IMG/VR virus record: IMGVR_UViG_3300032285_001531
DNA length: 64,000 nt
Source: a virus
Taxonomy: Duplodnaviria; Caudoviricetes
Reading direction: 5' to 3' (one strand)
This document shows, in pieces, positions 1-6,166 of the stretch. The translations under genes were made by a program, and so were the position numbers. The notes beneath the pieces are model-generated. The model made no database searches, was not told where the DNA came from, and was given only the letters and a program-made list of their open reading frames with translations. Every line of letters begins with the position of its first letter. The stretch's first letter is position 1.

Positions 1-2
1 AC

Positions 3-755
3 TTAAAAACTATTGACGGTGTTCAAGTGGACACTATCAAGTTTATCAAATCTGAGTATGGCGGATACGCACAAGGAACTGATCTTTACATCGGTTCTAT
101 AATTATAAAAAATATTGCCAGAACAACAATTGATACTATCGATCAATTTTGCATTGATGCGTCAGGTGAATATCCTGATCGTGTTACTACATTTTTCACA
201 ATGTGTTCTATAATTGCTGATGGGGTAGACAGGCATAGTAAATTCTTACTGAATGAAATACTTGACCAAATTCAACCAAGTGTAGATTCTATAATTAACA
301 CTGTTACACATGAAATGGTTCACACAACTCAACATGGTCGCCAGTTTCAAAAAGGAAGAAGTAACCTTGAATATCGCAGTTATTTGGATAAAAAGAAAGG
401 CGAGTTTATAAAGTTACACAACAACAAAGACTGGAATAAAAATCCTCGTGCAAGAGAATTGTATTACGCTAGTCCACAAGAGATTCCTGCATTTGCACAT
501 GAAATCGCTCTGTATATTATTCGTGCGTATGCTCTACCAGAAATAACTTCAGTTGAAGAAATTTCAACAGTAACTCCTGAAGATATTACTTACGCAATGT
601 CTAGATATCCAATGATAGCAAGTCTTGCTACTAATCCTGATCCTAGAGCAAAGAAAGTTTATCAACGCTATGCTAAATTAATATACTCGGAAGTTCAGAA
701 TTACATTCAACAATTAAAACAGAAACTAACTAAAGAAGCGGTACCTGCTACTTAA
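3..755 (+). CDS. HExxH zinc-metallopeptidase-like hypothetical protein, 5'-partial (frame open from window edge)
   Basis: THEMVH (HExxH) plus downstream YYASPQEIPAFAHE. The frame has no stop upstream of GTG 27 back to base 3. Confidence 0.6.
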   Translation, partial: LKTIDGVQVDTIKFIKSEYGGYAQGTDLYIGSIIIKNIARTTIDTIDQFCIDASGEYPDRVTTFFTMCSIIADGVDRHSKFLLNEILDQIQPSVDSIINTVTHEMVHTTQHGRQFQKGRSNLEYRSYLDKKKGEFIKLHNNKDWNKNPRARELYYASPQEIPAFAHEIALYIIRAYALPEITSVEEISTVTPEDITYAMSRYPMIASLATNPDPRAKKVYQRYAKLIYSEVQNYIQQLKQKLTKEAVPAT

Positions 756-1229
756 GTTAGATTTATCATTTACCATACGGTCAAATTGACCACTCTTACC
801 ATCAAAGTAAAATCCACTAGGGTCTAGTATCTGACCTCGTAACTCAACCCAACTATGCGGTATCCATTTGAATTCTTCACGTATTGCAGGATCACTGTTT
901 ATGTATTTGATGCGGTCTGATTTCTTGCGTGGATCAAGACCTAATTGTTTCATTGCTAATTTATCTTTTGTTTCTAGTGCGTCAATATGTAGATCAGGTT
1001 CGTCTGCATGAAACCATCCATATTTTTTCTTGCCGTTGTTTACAATACCAATAGGAACAATCTCGGCATTACCTATACCTTTATTCTCTAAGAATGATAT
1101 AAAATCTTGACTGGCGCCATAACAATTATCTTGTACAAAGTAATAGTTCAATTGCATTGGACTAGCTTGCTTCCAAAACTCAATTAATAATGGATCAATT
1201 TTTGATCCTGCAAGTTCAAAGATTTTCAT
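726..1229 (-). CDS. Hypothetical protein with transglutaminase/papain-like Cys-His-Asp motif order
   Basis: Likely start ATG 1229 (MKIFEL), overlapping the upstream stop. Motifs DNCYGAS...PHSWVEL...ILDPSG. Confidence 0.55.
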   Translation of the reverse strand: MKIFELAGSKIDPLLIEFWKQASPMQLNYYFVQDNCYGASQDFISFLENKGIGNAEIVPIGIVNNGKKKYGWFHADEPDLHIDALETKDKLAMKQLGLDPRKKSDRIKYINSDPAIREEFKWIPHSWVELRGQILDPSGFYFDGKSGQFDRMVNDKSNLSSRYRFFS

Positions 1230-1714
1230 TTTATACGAGGAATGACGTTGGTATCCCAATAGCTTTTCTTACCAATGCGACTTTTATCTACGTCTGGTAA
1301 ATCTTGCCATTGTTTAGAACGTTGTTTGCTTTGCTCTACATCAAAGCCTGTGTAGTCATCAGGTACCCATTGCCATTTGTGATGATAGATCCAAGGATCA
1401 ACTGCCTGTTTAGTTACTTTAACGGTACCATCTGGTGATACTCTGATACTGGTACCACTGATTGGTTCGTCTGCAGTATCAAAGTCAGGTGATTCTATGA
1501 ATGAGAATGTTTTTAACTTGGGATTGTATTTGATTACAGTAAAGTCAAAATCATTTGGGATTTTTGATTGTGCAAACTTTAATTCGTCTGCAGGAATTCC
1601 GGCTTCTATCGCATATTGTTTATGCACATAAAGTTCTCCGCCAATACGCTTTCCTATCTTTCTAGGTTGTTGCGCAGCTTCTACTATGTTAATTAATTTA
1701 CGTATATCACTCAT
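1226..1714 (-). CDS. Stand-alone domain resembling the repeated region of DNA-phosphorothioation-associated putative methyltransferases
   Basis: Likely start ATG 1714 (MSDIRKLINIVE) just after ATAAATA (1720-1726). Motifs GKRIGGELYVH, SFIESPDFDTADEP, DPWIYHHKWQWVPDDY. Confidence 0.55.
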   Translation of the reverse strand: MSDIRKLINIVEAAQQPRKIGKRIGGELYVHKQYAIEAGIPADELKFAQSKIPNDFDFTVIKYNPKLKTFSFIESPDFDTADEPISGTSIRVSPDGTVKVTKQAVDPWIYHHKWQWVPDDYTGFDVEQSKQRSKQWQDLPDVDKSRIGKKSYWDTNVIPRIK

Positions 1715-1750
1715 AGATATATTTATCTGGCAGGGCATAACCATTAGGTA

Positions 1751-1773
1751 GAAAAAGGTAGCAAGCTACCCTT
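1751..1773 (-). terminator. Rho-independent terminator after pqqA
   Basis: Minus strand reads GGTAG-CTTG-CTACC followed by TTTTT, about 30 nt after the pqqA stop. Confidence 0.75.
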
Positions 1774-1798
1774 ATCTTAAAACTTATTTTACAATGTA

Positions 1799-1870
1799 TT
1801 AGCGATTTGCAATGTACATTGTGATTTCAAAACCAAAACGCAAATCAGTTGCTTGAGGTATTGTCCACAT
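1799..1870 (-). CDS. pqqA: PQQ precursor peptide PqqA (23 aa, [23 protein letters not shown])
   Basis: Manual translation. Contains the E-x3-Y core (EITMY) within the PqqA signature W..P...DLRFGFE.TMY..NR. RBS AAGGAG lies 6 nt upstream, a TAAATA box is at 1907-1912, and a terminator follows. Confidence 0.93.
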   Translation of the reverse strand: MWTIPQATDLRFGFEITMYIANR

Positions 1871-1887
1871 GTTATTCTCCTTAAATG

Positions 1888-1912
1888 AATACATATACTG
1901 CATATGTATTTA
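1888..1912 (-). promoter_or_regulatory. TAAATA late-promoter-like box overlapping a 9-bp inverted repeat upstream of pqqA
   Basis: aatacatat-actgc-atatgtatt at 1888-1910; tattta at 1907-1912. Confidence 0.5.
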
Positions 1913-1984
1913 AGATATAGTAACACGTAAAAACACCAAGGTATTGCAGATAATCATTGGCTGATACTAATGAAAATCATTAAA

Positions 1985-2827
1985 ATGCTCTGCGACCCTC
2001 GGCGGTAATTATAGTACTAACAGCTTCGTCTAGCTTTCGCCGCATCAACTGTTAAATACCTTCCACCCGCTCCCCGACAGGGTCCGTTCTCGCATTGCCA
2101 GCGCACTTTTCGCCTAAGTGTAAGGTCCTACGAGGAATTACCTCGCTTCTCATCTTCCGGACCAGAATAGAGTGTGATTAACACTCACGTTCTTTACGAA
2201 TTCGCCATCTTTCTAATTGAGCTAGGCGAATTTTTTCTTTTTGTTCAATAGTCATAGGAATTCCTAATTTTCCATTTGGTTTTCCTTTTTTATTTTGACT
2301 TATTTTTTGATTTACTATATCCTGTTTTTCTTTACTAAACGGTTCTTGTTGTTGGCGAGCTAATTTTTTCCTTAATCGCAACTCCTCTGAGTTTTTTCTT
2401 CCCCGTAGTTTCTTGGCTCTTGCTTCTACTACTTCACGATCCTGTTTGAACCCACTGCTACCTTCTCCGCCTTCACTTTTGTTTAATAGTATTCCAGAAC
2501 TATCAATGATTCTGCCATACCATTTAATGAGTCTACGTTCAATCGCAAATGCTCCTATTTCAGTTAATCCGTCAGCTATCAATATAATATTTTTGCCATC
2601 AGGCGGCAAAGATATTTTATTATGGGTTTCTACAATTCGTCTACCCTTACCTTTCCCTATATAATAAGGAGTTCCTTTTTTTCCGTGTCTTCCGTCTTTA
2701 GCTCTTAAATATGCATAAACGTAGAAATCTTTTGGAGTTTGAATATTGTATTTTTTTCTCATACATTTATTTATCAAACTCTAATAGAATCCTGCGGGTC
2801 AGAGTATCCGTTGACAACGGAACGTTC
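1985..2827 (-). ncRNA. Large structured ncRNA candidate (GOLLD-like by context) in two parts (2827-2778 and 2173-1985), interrupted by an endonuclease ORF
   Basis: Starts right after the tRNA-Tyr CCA. GC-rich, with hairpins CGAGG/CCTCG (2131-2145), CACTT/AAGTG (2104-2120) and TAACAG/CTGTTA. Long-range complementarity across the ORF: ACCCGC (2794-2799) with GCGGGT (2065-2070), and TAGAGT (2778-2783) with ACTCTA (2168-2173). The family name is an inference. Confidence 0.6.
2178..2762 (-). mobile_element. GIY-YIG-like homing endonuclease with basic NUMOD3-like C-terminal tail
   Basis: FYVYAYLR...PYYIGKGKGRR...EIGAFAIERRLI...ILLNKSEGGEG. Likely start ATG 2762 after an internal ATAAATA box (2767-2773). 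Confidence 0.8.
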
Positions 2828-2911
2828 TGGTGGAGATTACTGGGATCGAACCAGTCGTGCTATAAGCGGCGGATTTACAGTCCGCTGCATCACCATTGAT
2901 GCTTCATCTCC
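2828..2911 (-). tRNA. trnY: tRNA-Tyr(GTA), long variable arm, CCA encoded
   Basis: Cloverleaf with anticodon arm GCGGA-CTGTAAA-TCCGC and T loop TTCGATC. A8 and a G7-A66 mismatch noted. Confidence 0.9.
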
Positions 2912-2916
2912 TTGTA

Positions 2917-2992
2917 TGGCTGCTCAACCTGGGCTCGAACCAGGGACAAACGGATTAACAGTCCGGTGCTCTACCAACTGAGCTATTGAGCA
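2917..2992 (-). tRNA. trnN: tRNA-Asn(GTT), CCA encoded
   Basis: Acceptor TGCTCAA/TTGAGCA, anticodon loop CTGTTAA, T loop TTCGAGC. Confidence 0.95.
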
Positions 2993-3067
2993 TTAATTTA
3001 TTACGATAACTCATATTATAAGGAACTATGAGTTGAATGTCAAGTTGTATTTCTACAACAGTTAAAT

Positions 3068-3144
3068 TGGTCGGGGAAGTGGGATTCGAACTCCCGACCT
3101 CATGGTCCCAAACCATGCGCACTCCCTGGCTGTGCTACACTCCG
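3068..3144 (-). tRNA. trnP: tRNA-Pro(TGG), CCA encoded, several stem mismatches
   Basis: Anticodon arm CATGG-TTTGGGA-CCATG. Acceptor and T stems each contain two mismatches. Confidence 0.8.
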
Positions 3145-3149
3145 ATGAT

Positions 3150-3225
3150 TGGTGGAGATTGTCGGACTCGAACCGACCACCTACAGCTTGCAAAGCTGCC
3201 GCTCTCCCAGATGAGCTAAACCCCC
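3150..3225 (-). tRNA. trnA: tRNA-Ala(TGC), CCA encoded
   Basis: Anticodon loop TTTGCAA. G3:U70 alanine identity pair present. Confidence 0.95.
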
Positions 3226-3235
3226 CGATTGTTAC

Positions 3236-3310
3236 TGGTCCGGCGTGAGGGAATCGAACCCCCATAAAGGCTTTAGAAGAGCCTTGTCCTATCCGTTGAA
3301 CGAACGCCAG
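3236..3310 (-). tRNA. trnR: tRNA-Arg(TCT), CCA encoded
   Basis: Anticodon arm AGGCT-CTTCTAA-AGCCT, acceptor CTGGCGT/ACGCCGG. Confidence 0.92.
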
Positions 3311-3320
3311 TAATTTCTTC

Positions 3321-3881
3321 CTATGATAATAAGATTCTACTGTGCTTAGGAACGCCAGACATTAAGTAATCCATTTGGTCTGCTAAGATATTACGATTCT
3401 GTAATATCATATTTTCGAAATGATTTGGTTCGTATGGAACATATAACAACTCCATACTGCTTTCTTTTAATGTCATATCATCTTTCTTGCCGTTACATGG
3501 TCTACATGCAGTAACTACATTTGTCCATGCATTCAGTCCACCTCTGCTCTTTGGAACAATGTGATCTCTACTCAAGTTATGATGATTGTGAAAATGATCA
3601 CCGCAATATGCACAAACATTCCTATCACGACCGAACAATGTTTTGTTAGTCAGTGCAACTTTGCCATGCTTGCTTATGTCAAATCCATGTCCATTGATTG
3701 CGATAATGCTAGGAGTCTCAATATAGCTTTGTTGTCCGTTATTTTGAATTCCACCTCTGAACTTAGCAACTATTTCACCTAATGACCAAGCAACCATACC
3801 TTTTGCGTGATAAGTGATTGCAGTTTCATTGGAAATCCATTGTCTAGGAATTCCTGAAATATCTAATGCTAAAACAGACAT
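3321..3881 (-). CDS. HNH endonuclease
   Basis: CAYCG...DHIVPKSRGG...WTNVVTACRPCNGKK. RBS AGGAG and a TAAATA box (3899-3904) upstream. Confidence 0.9.
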   Translation of the reverse strand: MSVLALDISGIPRQWISNETAITYHAKGMVAWSLGEIVAKFRGGIQNNGQQSYIETPSIIAINGHGFDISKHGKVALTNKTLFGRDRNVCAYCGDHFHNHHNLSRDHIVPKSRGGLNAWTNVVTACRPCNGKKDDMTLKESSMELLYVPYEPNHFENMILQNRNILADQMDYLMSGVPKHSRILLS

Positions 3882-4060
3882 GATTTCTCCTATAAGTGTA
3901 TTTAGACACTCTCAAATTATAGTATTCAAAAGTGTATGGTAAAGCATACTACTCCCGATTTCAGGTCGGGGTTGGGTTTGTTATTAGTATGCTTTATCAT
4001 TCCTATTTTACTCAACTGTTATCTCCAGTCTTTCATCCAGGACTCCGCCCGTTCACAGCA

Positions 4061-4068
4061 TATTTATA
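4061..4068 (-). promoter_or_regulatory. T4-type late promoter consensus TATAAATA
   Basis: Exact TATAAATA on the minus strand, upstream of a GC-rich structured segment and the HNH/tRNA cluster. Confidence 0.6.
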
Positions 4069-4113
4069 GTGCGCTGCGAGGGCCTCGTTCCCTCTTAATA
4101 CACTTACTGCTTA

Positions 4114-4260
4114 TCAGTAGTCTAACATCTTACTGACTTTGTTGTCAACCTGTTTCCTTACTTCAATCTGTTCTTGCAATCTTTGAAACTTTTCTGTTAT
4201 CAAAGCTTCAAGTTCATCATCATTAAGGATATCAGTGTTGCTATTATCTTCTTCAAACAT
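4114..4260 (-). CDS. Small acidic hypothetical protein (48 aa, MFEEDNSNTDILNDDELEALITEKFQRLQEQIEVRKQVDNKVSKMLDY)
   Basis: Manual translation; strong RBS AAGGAG. Not in the ORF track. Confidence 0.65.
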   Translation of the reverse strand: MFEEDNSNTDILNDDELEALITEKFQRLQEQIEVRKQVDNKVSKMLDY

Positions 4261-4271
4261 TTTAGCTCCTT

Positions 4272-4308
4272 AAAACGAAAAACCCTGAGACTTTTTGAGT
4301 ACTCAGGG
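4272..4308 (-). terminator. Rho-independent terminator (candidate attenuator)
   Basis: CCCTGAG...CTCAGGG 7-bp stem followed by TTTTTCGTTTT. Its 5' arm (AAGCCC, 4306-4311) can alternatively pair with GGGCTT (4346-4351). Confidence 0.75.
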
Positions 4309-4339
4309 CTTGTAAAATTAACGTATGCAACTTTATACT

Positions 4340-4465
4340 TTAACTAAGCCCCTCAACTCTATCATAATTAATGCTTGATGAGGAATTAAAACCTGCTGGT
4401 GTCCACTGATTCACCACGCATAGTGATATCTGTTTCATCGGCTGATTAAAAGTATTTTGTTTCAT
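4340..4465 (-). CDS. Candidate leader peptide (41 aa, MKQNTFNQPMKQISLCVVNQWTPAGFNSSSSINYDRVEGLS)
   Basis: Manual translation. TAAATA box at 4474-4479. The last codons contain the putative antiterminator strand. Confidence 0.5.
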   Translation of the reverse strand: MKQNTFNQPMKQISLCVVNQWTPAGFNSSSSINYDRVEGLS

Positions 4466-4523
4466 AGTAATTTATTTAGTCCTGATGTAAAATATTATAT
4501 AGCAATCTGCCTTGTTTGTCAAA

Positions 4524-5021
4524 TTAAACTTGTCCGTTTTGCAACAGTGTTAACATATTGTTAATATTATGTGATACATCTAATGATACGGATGAAACAT
4601 ATTGTATTGTGTCTGATGGGTCTACTATAAAGATAACACGACTAAATTCAGTATCTTGTTTAGTCAGTCCTAGTTTATTTGCTAAACTTAAGTCAGGGCG
4701 TGTGTTATCTGCGAATAACCAAGAAGAAATAGTATCGTTACTATTCTTCTTCATCAAAGTCCATGCTGTTTTACTAAAGTCCTGATCGGTAGAACCTATT
4801 AATATTACAGCATTCTTGTCGGTTATAGTTTCAAACAGATTATCAATGTTGTTTAATTCTAACGGAGGAACAATCTCAAAATTGTTAGGGTAGAAAAGTA
4901 TTATTTTCCATTTATCAACAAAGTTTTTATTTGTAATTAATTTTCTGTTATTTGGACTGGTCTCATTTGGTTTGATTCCAGAAATCGCAAATTCACCTAC
5001 TGTTTCTCCTACAGCTTTCAT
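4524..5021 (-). CDS. AhpC/peroxiredoxin-fold protein lacking all cysteines
   Basis: KWKIILFYPNNFEIVPPLEL aligns with the AhpC FYP.DFTFVCPTE motif. Also GSTD, AW, LFAD and RVIFIVDP..TIQYVS. No Cys in 165 aa. RBS AGGAG. Confidence 0.8.
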   Translation of the reverse strand: MKAVGETVGEFAISGIKPNETSPNNRKLITNKNFVDKWKIILFYPNNFEIVPPLELNNIDNLFETITDKNAVILIGSTDQDFSKTAWTLMKKNSNDTISSWLFADNTRPDLSLANKLGLTKQDTEFSRVIFIVDPSDTIQYVSSVSLDVSHNINNMLTLLQNGQV

Positions 5022-5041
5022 AGTAGCTCCTAAATAATATA

Positions 5042-5437
5042 CTATTTAGTCATCTCTCCGAGACGCTTATAACCATTGTATGTAGGGTGGACTCCGTCGG
5101 TACTTACTTCAGGAATTCTGATTACTCTGTCATTATATGAGTTTGCTACTTTGACTACTATTTTCTGTCGTTCAGGTTTAATAGCAGGTAAGATCCAGAA
5201 CACACGTCCTTCAGTAATACGTGACCGTAGTGCTATTAGTTCTACTTCAGTTTTAATAGAAAAAGTATCGTTGGAACCTAAACTAATTAGTGTAGTCTTA
5301 GCTGGTTCTATCTTTGAATTATATTTGTCATTCCAAACAAGACTGCTAATACCACTTTTGGCATAAGCAACACACTCTGTACGTATGTTACTTACACCAT
5401 AAGCAATACTATCACCCAATATTAGGCAATCAATCAT
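5042..5437 (-). CDS. SGNH/GDSL hydrolase
   Basis: GDS (ILGDSIA), GxND (SLGSND) and DxxH (DGVHP) blocks. Likely start ATG 5437 in an ATGA overlap with the rubredoxin stop. Confidence 0.8.
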   Translation of the reverse strand: MIDCLILGDSIAYGVSNIRTECVAYAKSGISSLVWNDKYNSKIEPAKTTLISLGSNDTFSIKTEVELIALRSRITEGRVFWILPAIKPERQKIVVKVANSYNDRVIRIPEVSTDGVHPTYNGYKRLGEMTK

Positions 5438-5568
5438 AATATTTCGTAATCTTCCTTGCCGCAACCGCATTCTGGGCAAACAAAATCATCCGGTAATTCA
5501 TGCCATAGACCTTCAGTTGCTGGATCATGTTCATGACCACATACTACGCATATATGTACTTCACCCAT
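5434..5568 (-). CDS. Rubredoxin (44 aa, MGEVHICVVCGHEHDPATEGLWHELPDDFVCPECGCGKEDYEIL)
   Basis: CxxCG and CPxCG iron knuckles, W..LPDDF.CP.CG..K. RBS GGAGG; TAATG overlap with rubrerythrin. Not in the ORF track. Confidence 0.92.
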   Translation of the reverse strand: MGEVHICVVCGHEHDPATEGLWHELPDDFVCPECGCGKEDYEIL

Positions 5569-6035
5569 TATTGAACCTCCTGTAACATTGTTTGATATGC
5601 ACTTGCATGACGCTTTTCTACTTTTGCTAGTGCAGCAAATCGTTTTTGTGCTTTAACTAATACTTCCTTGAACTGTTCTGCATGTTCCGAACTTTCAACA
5701 ATCTGATTTCTAAACTCGTTAAGTGCAGTGCGATCACCTTCAGCTTTGGCCTGTGCTTCAAAGCCCGGATACATGACAGTAAACTCATGTGTCTCACCCT
5801 CAATAGCCATTTCTAAACATTGTTTAGTTGTTGGCTTACCTACTAGTAATTCCAAATGTCCCCAAGCATGTAATAACTCTTGGTCTGCAGTGTGTTCAAA
5901 GTGTTTAGCAACATCCTCAAACCCTTCTTCACGTGCAATCTTTGCAAAATAGCGATACTTGATATGTGCTTGACTTTCACCTGCTAATGCAGCCTCAAGA
6001 TTTTTTAATGTGTCTGATACCTTTTCAAATGGCAT
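5568..6035 (-). CDS. rbr: Rubrerythrin (short, ferritin-like di-iron protein without fused rubredoxin domain)
   Basis: NLEAALAGESQAHIKYRYFAKIAREEG, ExxH (QELLHA), EGETHE..MYPGF, ESSEHA. Likely start ATG 6035. Confidence 0.9.
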   Translation of the reverse strand: MPFEKVSDTLKNLEAALAGESQAHIKYRYFAKIAREEGFEDVAKHFEHTADQELLHAWGHLELLVGKPTTKQCLEMAIEGETHEFTVMYPGFEAQAKAEGDRTALNEFRNQIVESSEHAEQFKEVLVKAQKRFAALAKVEKRHASAYQTMLQEVQ

Positions 6036-6166
6036 AGTGTTTCCTTTCAATGTGTGTATATTATATATGCCTATTAGCACCGTTGTAAATATAGGTTTTG
6101 GCTATTTTTTGATTGTATTTTTCAATAGAATTAATAGGTGATGTCAATCTATTTGTAAATAGAACT

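Noticed and set aside
1985-2827. RNase P RNA, tmRNA or group I intron as the identity of the structured RNA
   Set aside because: GAGGTAATTCC only loosely resembles the RNase P GAGGAAAGTCC and forms a local hairpin instead. There is no tRNA-like end or tag ORF for tmRNA. I could not find a group I P7 core or flanking exons. A covariance search is needed to exclude these formally.
4020-4050. Hammerhead ribozyme (CTGGATGAAAG)
   Set aside because: Does not match the CTGATGA...GAAA core with three flanking stems.
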